Assembly: GCA_036158635.1 (NCBI GenBank)
Contig: JAYYFR010000006.1
Span: forward strand, 14,281 to 78,280
Direction: 5' to 3'
From: Bacteroidota bacterium
Lineage (GTDB): Bacteria > Bacteroidota > Bacteroidia > Flavobacteriales > TMED113
DNA length: 64,000 nucleotides
In this document: positions 49,665 to 59,705 of the stretch, piece after piece
Layout of the letters: each line of letters starts with the position of its first letter
Numbering within the stretch: position 1 is the stretch's first letter
Made by a program: the position numbers and the translations under genes
Notes under the pieces: generated by a model
The model's database searches: none
What the model saw: only the letters and a program-made list of their open reading frames with translations
What the model was told of the DNA's origin: nothing

Positions 49665-52032
49665 AATAAATAAAGTAGCTATTATCGGATCTGGAATTAT
49701 GGGTTCTAGAATTGCTTGTCATTTTGCCAACATTGGAGTTGAAGTTCTTCTGCTTGACATAATAAACAAAGAAGCAGAAGAGGATTTAAATAATAAAAAT
49801 TTTAGAAATAAAATTGTTAATGAATCTCTTGACAATACAATAAAATCAAAACCATCGCCTATTTATTCAAAAAAATTCATAAATAGAATTAATACAGGAA
49901 ACTTAGTTGATGATTTAAATAAAATTGCTGACGCAGATTGGATAATTGAAGTAATAATTGAAAATCTTCAAATAAAAAAAGGATTATTTGAAAAAATAGA
50001 AAAGTATAGAAAGCCTAACTCAATTATTAGTTCCAATACATCTGGAATACCAATAAATCAAATGATTGAAGGTCGAAGTGAAAATTTTTGTAACAATTTT
50101 TGCGGCACTCATTTTTTTAATCCTCCTAGGTACTTGAAGCTACTTGAAATTATTCCATCAAAGAAAACAAATAATAATTTAATAAATTTTTTGTTGTCTT
50201 ATGGTGAGAAATTCTTAGGAAAAACTACAGTACTTTGTAAAGATACTCCTGCATTTATTGCTAACAGAATTGGAATTGCTGGCATAGCATCTCTTTTTAA
50301 AATAATTGAAGATTTAGAGCTTTCAATTGAGGAAGTTGATTCTCTTACCGGACCAATTATTGGTAGACCAAAATCAGCAACATTTAGAACTTGTGACCTT
50401 GTTGGACTTGATACACTGAATAATGTTGCTAAAGGGGTTTATGAAAACTGTCCAAATGATGAAAATAGACATATTTTCAAACTTCCTGACTTTATAAATA
50501 AAATGTTAAAAGAACAATACCTGGGAGATAAAACTAAACAGGGTTTTTACAAAAAAAGTAGAGATGACAAGGGAAGAAGACAGATACTTTCTCTTAATTT
50601 AAAAAATTTTAAATATGAAAATAAAAATAAAGTTAGATTTGAATTAATAGGAAAAGCAAAAAAAATTAGCAAACTAAAAGATAGATTAAAAATATTAGTT
50701 GAAGGTAATGATAAAGCCTCATTATTTTATAAAAAAATGTTTGCCATTATGTTCTCTTATGTTTCTAATAGAGTCCCTGAAATTAGCAACGAAATATACA
50801 AAATAGACTCTGCAATGTGTGCTGGTTTTGGATGGGAATTGGGACCGTTTGAAATTTGGGATGCAATTGGTATTCGAAATGGAATTGATCTAATCAAACA
50901 GGAAAAGTTAACCATTCCAAAATGGTTAGAAAAAATCGATAAAAACACTACTTTTTATTCAATCAGCAAAGGAGAAAAAAATTATTTTAATATCTCAGAA
51001 GAAAATCATAAAAAAATTCCAACGTTAAATAAATTTATTAATTTAAATCATATTCGGTCTAACTCCTTGATTTGGAAAAATGATGGAGTTTCCATTTTAG
51101 ATATTGGAGATAATGTTATGAATATCGAATTTCATACAAAAATGAATAGTATTGGCGAAGACGTAATTATTGGGGTTAGAAAAGGAATTGAAATTGCTGA
51201 AAAAGAATTTCGTGGAATTGTAATTGGAAATCAAGGTAGTCATTTTTCTGCAGGTGCTGATATTAGCATGATTTTTACTTTAGCTGTCGAACAAGAATAT
51301 GATAAATTAAATCTTGCAATCAAAACATTTCAGGATACATCCATGTTAATCAGATATTCTAGTATTCCAATCGTGGTTGCCCCTCATGGGTTTACTTTTG
51401 GTGGTGGTTGTGAGTTCACATTACATGCAGATGCAGTCCAATGCGCTGCTGAAACTTACATGGGACTAGTAGAATTAGGAGTTGGTCTAATTCCAGGTGG
51501 AGGTGGAACTAAAGAAATGGCGCTAAGAGCATCGGACGCTTTTTACGATGGAGATATTGAATTGCCAAGAATAAAGGAGTATTTTCTTAATATTGGACAA
51601 GCTAAAGTAAGTACTTCAGGGCAAGAAGCATTTGAGTTAGGTTATTTAAGAAAAGGATACGATAGCATTAGTATTAACTCTGATAAATTAATACAAGATG
51701 CTAAAGAAAAAGTTATGATAATTGATAATCAGGGATACACAAAACCTATAAAAAGAAAAGATATTAAAGTTTTAGGTAATCAAGCTTTGGGAATGTTTTT
51801 AGTAGGAGCAGATAGCTTTAAAGAAGGAGGCTATATAACAGATCACGAAAAGTTAATGTCTAAGAAATTAGCACATGTTTTGTGTGGGGGAAATTTATCA
51901 TCACCAACACATGTATCTGAACAATACTTATTAGATCTTGAAAGAGAGGCTTTTTTATCATTGTGTGGAGAAGCTAAAACCCTGGAAAGAATCAAATATA
52001 TGTTAGAAAAAGGAAAACCATTAAGAAATTAA
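49657..52032 (+). CDS. 3-hydroxyacyl-CoA dehydrogenase/enoyl-CoA hydratase (FadN-like)
   Basis: GSGIMGSRIA, SNTSGIP, HFFNPPRY, C-terminal crotonase GGGCE...GLVELGVGLIP, GKPLRN; ATG 49657. Confidence 0.93.
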   Translation: MYKINKVAIIGSGIMGSRIACHFANIGVEVLLLDIINKEAEEDLNNKNFRNKIVNESLDNTIKSKPSPIYSKKFINRINTGNLVDDLNKIADADWIIEVIIENLQIKKGLFEKIEKYRKPNSIISSNTSGIPINQMIEGRSENFCNNFCGTHFFNPPRYLKLLEIIPSKKTNNNLINFLLSYGEKFLGKTTVLCKDTPAFIANRIGIAGIASLFKIIEDLELSIEEVDSLTGPIIGRPKSATFRTCDLVGLDTLNNVAKGVYENCPNDENRHIFKLPDFINKMLKEQYLGDKTKQGFYKKSRDDKGRRQILSLNLKNFKYENKNKVRFELIGKAKKISKLKDRLKILVEGNDKASLFYKKMFAIMFSYVSNRVPEISNEIYKIDSAMCAGFGWELGPFEIWDAIGIRNGIDLIKQEKLTIPKWLEKIDKNTTFYSISKGEKNYFNISEENHKKIPTLNKFINLNHIRSNSLIWKNDGVSILDIGDNVMNIEFHTKMNSIGEDVIIGVRKGIEIAEKEFRGIVIGNQGSHFSAGADISMIFTLAVEQEYDKLNLAIKTFQDTSMLIRYSSIPIVVAPHGFTFGGGCEFTLHADAVQCAAETYMGLVELGVGLIPGGGGTKEMALRASDAFYDGDIELPRIKEYFLNIGQAKVSTSGQEAFELGYLRKGYDSISINSDKLIQDAKEKVMIIDNQGYTKPIKRKDIKVLGNQALGMFLVGADSFKEGGYITDHEKLMSKKLAHVLCGGNLSSPTHVSEQYLLDLEREAFLSLCGEAKTLERIKYMLEKGKPLRN

Positions 52033-52034
52033 AA

Positions 52035-53213
52035 ATGGAAGTTTATATAGTACAAGCATACAGAACAGCAGTAGGAAAATCTAAAAGAGGTTCTTTAAAA
52101 TTTACAAGACCTGATGATTTAGCCGGGCAATTAATTAGTAAAATGCTAAAAAAAATACCCAATCTTGATAAAGAATCAATAGATGATGTAATTGTTGGGA
52201 ATGCAACACCAGAAGCTGAACAAGGATTAAACATTGGGAGACTTATCTCTCTAATTGGTTTAAATACGGTTAAGGTTCCTGGTATGACAGTTAACAGATT
52301 TTGTTCATCTGGCCTTGAAACTATTTCAATTGCAGCTAGTAAAATTCACGCAGGAATGGCTGATTGTATTATAGCAGGTGGAGTTGAAACAATGTCTCCT
52401 ATTCCATTTGGAGGATGGAGAATAGTACCTAATTATAATGTAGCCAAAAAAAATCCTGACTGGTATTGGGGAATGGGGACAACTGCTGAAGCAATTGTAA
52501 AAAAATATAAAGTAAGTAGAGAAGATCAAGACATGTTTGCCTTTCAATCAAATATGAAGGCTGTTAGCGCCATAGAAAATGGTTTATTTAAGCAAGATAT
52601 TATTGAATATGATATTCAAGAAACCTTTTTAGATGAAAACGAAAATAAAAAAACAAGAGTTTTTTCTTTTAATGAAGATGAAGGACCAAGAAAAGATACA
52701 ACAATAGAAAAACTATCTAAACTAAAGCCTGTGTTTTCTAAAAATGGAACTGTTACAGCTGGAAATTCATCACAAACCTCTGATGGCGCTGCATTTGTTA
52801 CGTTAATGTCAAAAAAAATGGTACAAAAACTAAATATTCAACCTATAGCTAAAATGCTTTCATATGCTGTCTGTGGAGTTGAACCAAAACATATGGGAAT
52901 TGGACCAGTTGAAGCGATTCCCAAAGCCTTAAGTCAAGCTAACCTATCAATTAATGATTTAGATTTAATCGAACTTAACGAGGCATTTGCTTGTCAATCT
53001 TTAGCGGTTATAAGAGAAGCAAATTTAAATCCAAATATCATTAATGTAAATGGTGGAGCAATTGCCCTAGGTCATCCTCTTGGTTGTACTGGAGCAAAGC
53101 TAACTGTTCAATTAATTAACGAATTAAGAAGACGAAAACAAAAAATAGGTATGGTAACAATGTGTGTTGGAACTGGGCAAGGGGCAGCTGGAATTTTTGA
53201 ATTACTAAATTAA
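52035..53213 (+). CDS. fadA: Acetyl-CoA C-acyltransferase (thiolase)
   Basis: NRFCSSGL, NEAFA, GGAIALGHPLG, MCVGTGQG. Confidence 0.95.
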   Translation: MEVYIVQAYRTAVGKSKRGSLKFTRPDDLAGQLISKMLKKIPNLDKESIDDVIVGNATPEAEQGLNIGRLISLIGLNTVKVPGMTVNRFCSSGLETISIAASKIHAGMADCIIAGGVETMSPIPFGGWRIVPNYNVAKKNPDWYWGMGTTAEAIVKKYKVSREDQDMFAFQSNMKAVSAIENGLFKQDIIEYDIQETFLDENENKKTRVFSFNEDEGPRKDTTIEKLSKLKPVFSKNGTVTAGNSSQTSDGAAFVTLMSKKMVQKLNIQPIAKMLSYAVCGVEPKHMGIGPVEAIPKALSQANLSINDLDLIELNEAFACQSLAVIREANLNPNIINVNGGAIALGHPLGCTGAKLTVQLINELRRRKQKIGMVTMCVGTGQGAAGIFELLN

Positions 53214-53217
53214 TTAT

Positions 53218-55017
53218 ATGAAAACAAATTTAAAAGGTGGTGGTTTTTTAATCTCTGAAACAAATCCTGATGAAATATTTATTTTAGAAGAATTTGGAGA
53301 GGAAGCTAAGATGATGCTAGAGGCAACAAGGGAGTTTAATGAAAAAGAAATAAAACCTAATATTTTTGAATTCGAAAAGAAAAATTATAAGCTCACTGAA
53401 GATTTAATGAAAAAAATAGGAGAAATGGGTTTGTTGGGTATAACTGTTCCTGAAAAATATGGGGGGCTTGGAATGGGTTTGAATATTTCAATGCTAATTT
53501 GTGGAGAAATAAGCAGCTATTCTGGCTCAATTGCAACCGCTTACGGAGCACATACTGGAATTGGAACACTTCCAATTCTTTTTTATGGAAGTAATGAGGT
53601 AAAAGAAAAATTTTTACCTAAAATATGCTCAGGAGAGTGGATGTCATGTTACAATTTAACGGAACCTAATGCTGGCTCTGATGCAAATTCAGGAAAAACA
53701 ACAGCAACTCTAACAAATGATGGAAATAGTTATGAAATTACTGGTCAAAAAATTTGGATTAGTAATGCTGGATTTGCAGAGGTTTTTATTCTATTTGGTA
53801 GAATTGAAAATGACAAAAATATAACTGGATTTGTTTTAGAAAAATCTAAATCTAATGGAATAAATTTAGGAGAAGAAGAAAATAAACTTGGACTTAGAGC
53901 ATCATCTACTAGACAAGTATTTTATGAAAAAACTTTAGTTCCAAAAGAACAAATGCTAGGAGAAAGAGGAGATGGTTTTAAAATTGCTTTAAATGCCCTT
54001 AACGCAGGTAGAATTAAATTAGGAGCAGCAACAGGTGCAGCTGCTATCAAAGTTATTAATGAATGTATATCTTATGCAATTGAGAGAAAACAATTTGGTG
54101 AATCTATTTCTAATTTTGGTGCTATCCAAGAAAAACTTGCAATAATGGCTTCATCTATTTATACTACAATGTCAGGATTATACAGAGCGGGATTTAATAT
54201 TGAAGAAAATACAAAAAGATTAGAAAAAAAAGGTGTTGAAGTTTGCGAATCAAAAAAAGATGGAATTATTGAATACTCTGTAGAGTGTTCTATTATTAAA
54301 GTACATGGATCAGAAGTTATTAGAGATGTTTCAGATGAAGCCATACAAATTTTTGGAGGGATGGGCTTTTCTGCAGAATCAATTGTAGAACCTGCTTATA
54401 GAGATGCAAGAATATCTAGAATTTATGAAGGAACTAACGAAATCAACAGAATGCTTATAGTTGGAATGTTAATAAGAAAGGCTCTTAAAAAAGAAATTGA
54501 TTTGTTTTCTCACGCAAAAAAAGCAGGAAAAGAATTGACAAGTATTTTTTCATTTTTTAAAAAAGAAAATATCAATGGTGTTTTGGGAAAAGAAAAAACT
54601 ATTCTAAAGAATGTAAAAAAATTAATATTAATTCTTCTTGGAAAGTGCAGTCAAGTTTATAAAAAAGAACTTGAAAACGAACAAGAAATAATGATAAACT
54701 TAGCTAATATGATCATTGATTTATACATGTCTGAATCCTGTTTATTAAGATCAGAAAAATTAACATTAAAGAGAGGAGAAGATAACTGTGAAATTCAAAT
54801 TTTAATGAGTAAAAATTATATCTTAAAAACCTTAGAAACTTGTTCGAAATCAGGATTTGAAATAATTCAAGCACTTCCATCATCATCAATTGAAAAGAAA
54901 ATACTACTTAAAGCACTCAATCGCTTAACAAAAAAGCCAGATTACAACATTAAAGAAATTAGAAGAAAAATTGCGTCAGACTTAATTAGTAATAAAAAAT
55001 ATAGGTTTAATATTTAA
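53218..55017 (+). CDS. Acyl-CoA dehydrogenase (long, FadE/VLCAD-like)
   Basis: LTEPNAGSDA, GQKIWISNAG, RKQFG, QIFGGMGF, RIYEGTNEINR. Confidence 0.94.
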   Translation: MKTNLKGGGFLISETNPDEIFILEEFGEEAKMMLEATREFNEKEIKPNIFEFEKKNYKLTEDLMKKIGEMGLLGITVPEKYGGLGMGLNISMLICGEISSYSGSIATAYGAHTGIGTLPILFYGSNEVKEKFLPKICSGEWMSCYNLTEPNAGSDANSGKTTATLTNDGNSYEITGQKIWISNAGFAEVFILFGRIENDKNITGFVLEKSKSNGINLGEEENKLGLRASSTRQVFYEKTLVPKEQMLGERGDGFKIALNALNAGRIKLGAATGAAAIKVINECISYAIERKQFGESISNFGAIQEKLAIMASSIYTTMSGLYRAGFNIEENTKRLEKKGVEVCESKKDGIIEYSVECSIIKVHGSEVIRDVSDEAIQIFGGMGFSAESIVEPAYRDARISRIYEGTNEINRMLIVGMLIRKALKKEIDLFSHAKKAGKELTSIFSFFKKENINGVLGKEKTILKNVKKLILILLGKCSQVYKKELENEQEIMINLANMIIDLYMSESCLLRSEKLTLKRGEDNCEIQILMSKNYILKTLETCSKSGFEIIQALPSSSIEKKILLKALNRLTKKPDYNIKEIRRKIASDLISNKKYRFNI

Positions 55018-55793
55018 AATCTCAATCCAATTGATTGAAAAATAACCCATGGTCTGTAATGAGGAAATTGATTTGAATCTCTGTCAATATATGTTCCCGC
55101 ACTATATGAAATATCAAATTTATAAATAAGGCGACACCTAAACATATATTGCAACCCAGCATGCAACCTTCCAAGTAGGTAATATTCAGAATACCAGTTA
55201 TCTAAAAACATATTATTTTGGAAAATATATTCATAAGAGTATTTTACCTCGAATCCCAAAGAGGCTCCAAGGTATGGTCTCATAACGCCTCTATTTCCTA
55301 AAGGAAATAAACTCAGCCCACTTCTTAATCCATACAATTGAACATCATCATTAAAAACCGGTGCCGATAACCACACATCAAATGAAGTATTTTCAGTAAA
55401 ATATTGAATTCCAATGTTTAAATCTGATAATTGCCAAGAATCATAATCATAAAGACCTGTAAGACTATAATAGTATTCAGAAAAATTAATATGCATGGCT
55501 AAATTTCCGTACTGTTTTTTACAACTAATTAAATTTGAAAAAGATCTATTAATAGAATTTGTTAGATTAAACTTATTAGTACTTCCATTTGATTTTGATT
55601 TATCATCTGGGCAATTACAATCCTCTTTTTTTTTACTTCTTTTTAACAAAACAGAGTTGAATAAATCCTTTAATTTACTAACGTCACGAGTTTTAGTTTC
55701 AATTTTATTTTCAGGGTTATAATATTTTTTTGGAGAATAATCTTGAGAGTATAAAATATGAGAAAAAATAAAAAAAATAAAAAATAACCTCAT
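55014..55793 (-). CDS. Hypothetical outer-membrane beta-barrel protein
   Basis: Signal peptide MRLFFIFFIFSHILYSQ, amphipathic aromatic strands (RPYLGASLG, GLQYMF), C-terminal SIGLRF. Confidence 0.6.
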   Translation of the reverse strand: MRLFFIFFIFSHILYSQDYSPKKYYNPENKIETKTRDVSKLKDLFNSVLLKRSKKKEDCNCPDDKSKSNGSTNKFNLTNSINRSFSNLISCKKQYGNLAMHINFSEYYYSLTGLYDYDSWQLSDLNIGIQYFTENTSFDVWLSAPVFNDDVQLYGLRSGLSLFPLGNRGVMRPYLGASLGFEVKYSYEYIFQNNMFLDNWYSEYYLLGRLHAGLQYMFRCRLIYKFDISYSAGTYIDRDSNQFPHYRPWVIFQSIGLRF

Positions 55794-55795
55794 TA

Positions 55796-58327
55796 CTAAA
55801 TATTATAAATTTGCTCAATTAAATAAAGTAAGTACCTTCTATGGTCTTTTGTCTTTTTATTACCATATTTAAGTCCTAGATTATTTTCTAACCAAACTAA
55901 ATTATTAAAAACAGTGGATTTAGTTAGATTATCGTAGCTGGACTTTTTTAAAATTGAAATTAAAGTAGATACATACTCAACCTGTAAATTCATTCTTGTC
56001 AAACTGACAGATTTATTTATATCAGATAAAAAAATTGCATTTGTCAAATCTTTAAGAAAATTATTCAATTCGTACTCATTACCATAAAAACTACTGTTAC
56101 TAATTCTTTTTAAAACATTTGGATGTAATAAATGAGTCAATACTTTTTTTTGACCGAACAAAACAAGAGAAAGAATTTTTGGGTCCTCCCCTGTAGATCT
56201 AAAATTAAAACCCCTTCTTTGTGATTGTAAAAATGGGTAAACTTCATCAAATGCCATTAATTTCTCATCACTAAAAGCATATTTTGATAAAGCCTCAATT
56301 GATTTTTTTTGTATTGAAAGCGGAACTGCAGAAAATGGTTTATTATTATTTTTTTGACCAATAAACGACCTATCTACATAAACACCACCTATTTGTCTTG
56401 AAATAATATCTAAACATGTGAAATAATTACTTGTTAGAGAATAATAAGATCGTTTTAAACTTTCGTATGTTTCCCCATCCTTGCTGTACTTTTCTTTTAA
56501 TTTTGGTAAAAGAGAATTAATAAGTTCCATTCTTTCAATGGAATGTTCAATTGGATCACTTGTCAAATCATTTATCATTGCATTAGGATCAATACCTTTA
56601 CCAGGAGATCTCATGTCGTCTGCATCATTAGCAAAAGAATGTTCTGGTAGTATTGATCTAGATAATATCTTTTCCAGTCCTTCTTTTTCATTGTTTTGGA
56701 ATGATTTGTAACCAAATTCAATAGCCCAATTGTCATACGGCCCGGGTTTTATATCATAAAAAAGACTTTGGTTTTTTGGGTCTACAGAAATATTTATTGC
56801 AGGATATTCCATTACAGAGGAACATAAACCCTTGGACTCAACTATTTCTTTATTTTTAATCTCTTTATTTGATAATAGTGTACTACCTTTAAAATTATGA
56901 TTTAAACCTAAGGTATGTCCAACTTCGTGTAAAACTAGTCTATACAAAGATTGTTTTACCATTTCTTTTTTCATTTCATCACCAAGATTTAATAAATCGA
57001 CACAATTTGAACCAAAAACTGTTTGTTTTTGAAATTCTTGAGATGCAGAACAATAATGGTCATTATATAAATAATTTATTTGGTTGTCATCATAAAGAAA
57101 GTCATACTTTATACGATTTGTAATGTAAACCCATTCTAGCATTATATCAGCACCTAAAATTTCCCCGGTTCTAGGGTTTACAAATGAGGGACCATAACCA
57201 CCAAACGGAGGGTTTGGAGATGATGTCCATCTTAAAACATTATACCTGATATCTCCGGCATCCCAATCAGCTGAATCAGGTTGGATTTTAACTTCAATCG
57301 CGTTCTTAAAACCTGCAAACTCAAAGGCTAAATTCCATGATTCAACTCCTTCTTTAATTATATCCCTAAACTCATATGGTGTTGTGTTTTCAATCCACCA
57401 AGTTATTGGTTTAATGGGTTCTGAAATTTTTTTTGAAGGATCTTTTTTTACAAGATTCCATCTATGTATCATGTCTTTGTAATTTATTTGATCAATACTA
57501 GTCATATCATTTGTCTGGGTGTGAAAATACCCAATTCTAGGATCATCATATCTAGGTACATAATTATTATTAGGAACTTTAATTAAACTATGTTGGATTT
57601 TGATTGTAACAACTCTTGAATCAGTTACTGCTGAACTTCCTCTTTTTGAAGGATATTTATTTTCATAAACATAATCAACAATAACATCAGTGTTCTCTGG
57701 ATAATTATTTATTTCACTGTACCTGGTTTTATCTTTACTTAATGATCCCAGTTTGAAACCTTTATACCATGAAGGGTAAGATGACTTTACTTGTTGAAAT
57801 GATTCAGTTAAAAATAATTTATCAGCATTAATTAAAAATCTAGTACTATCATCATTTGAAGCAATTATTTCCTCAGAAATAACTAATGGATCATTAATAT
57901 TTGCTTTTGATGATTTACTCAAAGGGCTTGATGGATCAAAGTAGTATTTAGTGTTTTCAACAATAAAATCAATTTTGTTAAAATATTTCTTAATCTTAAT
58001 TATTTTAGATCCTCTGAATCCTCCCCTAAAGTTCCATGAGTCGACAACTCCATCTTCAACGTAACTAAAGTAAATAAATTCATCATTTATCTGATTTTGA
58101 TCAATTTCAATGAATGACTTTCCATCTTTTTTTGACTGATAAATACAAAAAAGACCATCATATTTAATACAATCTTTTGTTTTCTTAGCAATTGAGTTTT
58201 CAGAGTTAGATTCTTTTAACTCTACTTTATTTTTATTGTTTTTTTTCTTTTTAAAAAAACCTTGAGAATTAGCAGAATAAATATTTAAAAAAAGAATCGA
58301 AATAAAAATAAAAGTGAGGTTTTTCAT
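55796..58327 (-). CDS. Secreted zinc-dependent metalloprotease (DUF5117/DUF4953, EcxA-like metzincin)
   Basis: Signal peptide, PRYDDPRIGYF, PRTGEIL, HEVGHTLGLNHNF zinc motif, SSVMEY Met-turn. Confidence 0.9.
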   Translation of the reverse strand: MKNLTFIFISILFLNIYSANSQGFFKKKKNNKNKVELKESNSENSIAKKTKDCIKYDGLFCIYQSKKDGKSFIEIDQNQINDEFIYFSYVEDGVVDSWNFRGGFRGSKIIKIKKYFNKIDFIVENTKYYFDPSSPLSKSSKANINDPLVISEEIIASNDDSTRFLINADKLFLTESFQQVKSSYPSWYKGFKLGSLSKDKTRYSEINNYPENTDVIVDYVYENKYPSKRGSSAVTDSRVVTIKIQHSLIKVPNNNYVPRYDDPRIGYFHTQTNDMTSIDQINYKDMIHRWNLVKKDPSKKISEPIKPITWWIENTTPYEFRDIIKEGVESWNLAFEFAGFKNAIEVKIQPDSADWDAGDIRYNVLRWTSSPNPPFGGYGPSFVNPRTGEILGADIMLEWVYITNRIKYDFLYDDNQINYLYNDHYCSASQEFQKQTVFGSNCVDLLNLGDEMKKEMVKQSLYRLVLHEVGHTLGLNHNFKGSTLLSNKEIKNKEIVESKGLCSSVMEYPAINISVDPKNQSLFYDIKPGPYDNWAIEFGYKSFQNNEKEGLEKILSRSILPEHSFANDADDMRSPGKGIDPNAMINDLTSDPIEHSIERMELINSLLPKLKEKYSKDGETYESLKRSYYSLTSNYFTCLDIISRQIGGVYVDRSFIGQKNNNKPFSAVPLSIQKKSIEALSKYAFSDEKLMAFDEVYPFLQSQRRGFNFRSTGEDPKILSLVLFGQKKVLTHLLHPNVLKRISNSSFYGNEYELNNFLKDLTNAIFLSDINKSVSLTRMNLQVEYVSTLISILKKSSYDNLTKSTVFNNLVWLENNLGLKYGNKKTKDHRRYLLYLIEQIYNI

Positions 58328-58348
58328 AGAACAATTTTAAAATTTAAA

Positions 58349-58356
58349 CAAAAGTA
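58349..58356 (-). promoter_or_regulatory. Bacteroidota -7 promoter element (TACTTTTG) for the metalloprotease operon
   Basis: Exact TAnnTTTG 21 bp upstream of ATG 58327; no -33 seen. Confidence 0.45.
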
Positions 58357-58391
58357 ATCATTTTAGTAAATTATAATGAAAAAACAGAAAT

Positions 58392-59033
58392 ATGAATTTT
58401 ATAAATTCTGAAATTGAAAAATATTGTCTAAAATATAGTAGTGAAGAATCTTCAATTCTAAAAAATTTATCTAGAGAAACAAATCATAAAATTTTAATGC
58501 CAAGAATGATGAGTGGTCACTACATGGGTTTACTTTTAAAATTAATTGCAAGTTTTAAAAAACCAAAAAAAATTTTAGAAATAGGAATGTTTACAGGATA
58601 TTCAACTATCTGCCTAGCCAATGAGTTGACTGAGCGGGGAGAGCTACATACCATTGAAAAAAATGAAGAAATAATTGATTTTGCATCAAAATATTTTATT
58701 GATAGTAAACTACAGGATAAAATACATATTCATTATGGTGATGCAAAAAATATTATACCAAAAATTAAATCGAAATTTGATTTAATTTTCATTGATGCAG
58801 ATAAAAAAAACTACTGCTTATATTATGATTTATGTATAAAAAAATTAAATAAAGGAGGTCATATTTTAATTGATAACGTACTATGGAGTGGAAAAGTTTT
58901 AGAAAAAATTATGGATAATGATAAAGAGACTTTAGAAATCAATAAACTAAATAAAAAAATTAAAGAAGATAAGAGAGTTGAAAATATATTATTACCTATA
59001 AGAGACGGATTAATGATTTGTAAATTAAAATAA
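58392..59033 (+). CDS. SAM-dependent O-methyltransferase (caffeoyl-CoA/YrrM family)
   Basis: PRMMSGH, LEIGMFTGYS, FIDADK, DNVLWSG, LPIRDG. Confidence 0.92.
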   Translation: MNFINSEIEKYCLKYSSEESSILKNLSRETNHKILMPRMMSGHYMGLLLKLIASFKKPKKILEIGMFTGYSTICLANELTERGELHTIEKNEEIIDFASKYFIDSKLQDKIHIHYGDAKNIIPKIKSKFDLIFIDADKKNYCLYYDLCIKKLNKGGHILIDNVLWSGKVLEKIMDNDKETLEINKLNKKIKEDKRVENILLPIRDGLMICKLK

Positions 59034-59034
59034 A

Positions 59035-59172
59035 GTGGATAAAATATACTTTTTTTGGTTTACCTTAATTGTTTTGTGGAATTTTGGATTCCCTCATGCC
59101 ACTCCACTATTAGATGTTTTAATTGCTGTTTTACTCTCTATAATCACATATTTTTTAAAAAGGAATAAATAA
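59035..59172 (+). CDS. Small two-helix membrane protein, 45 aa (not in ORF track)
   Basis: GTG one base after the methyltransferase stop; MDKIYFFWFTLIVLWNFGFPHATPLLDVLIAVLLSIITYFLKRNK*. Confidence 0.65.
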   Translation: MDKIYFFWFTLIVLWNFGFPHATPLLDVLIAVLLSIITYFLKRNK

Positions 59173-59705
59173 ACTTTGTAAACGAAAAGAGCAATTAAAT
59201 AACCTAATAAAACACCAAAAATAACATCTAAAGGAAAATGTTTACCTACGTATATTCTGCTATAGCAAATTAAAGTAACCCAAATAATTAAAATATCTTT
59301 GATCCAAATTTTTAAGTTTGGTATAGTAAAAAACAAAATACTTACAATTGCAGATGTACTTGAGGCGTGACCAGAAACAAAACCATACTTACCACCTTTA
59401 TCAACTAAAATTCTACATAATTCAGAAATTTGCGGATCCCAACATGGTCTTAATCTTTGGAAAAATTCTTTAAAAACATGATAATGAACTAAATCAGTTA
59501 TTAAAAAAGTTAACAAGACGCATAAAATAATAAGTTTAAATTTTTGTTTTTGGAATATAAAAGCAAGTATAAAAACCGTGGGAACTGTTAATAATACCAT
59601 TGTTTTGTGATTTGTTATAAAAACAAAAAAATCATCAAAAAGAGAATTATTTTTATTAAGAAATAAAAATAAATTTTTGTCAAATTGAATTAGACTATCA
59701 ATCAT
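59094..59705 (-). CDS. PAP2-family membrane phosphatase
   Basis: KEFFQRLRPC, FVSGHA, SRIYVGKHFPLD catalytic motifs; multiple TM helices. Confidence 0.92.
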   Translation of the reverse strand: MIDSLIQFDKNLFLFLNKNNSLFDDFFVFITNHKTMVLLTVPTVFILAFIFQKQKFKLIILCVLLTFLITDLVHYHVFKEFFQRLRPCWDPQISELCRILVDKGGKYGFVSGHASSTSAIVSILFFTIPNLKIWIKDILIIWVTLICYSRIYVGKHFPLDVIFGVLLGYLIALFVYKVYLFLFKKYVIIESKTAIKTSNSGVA

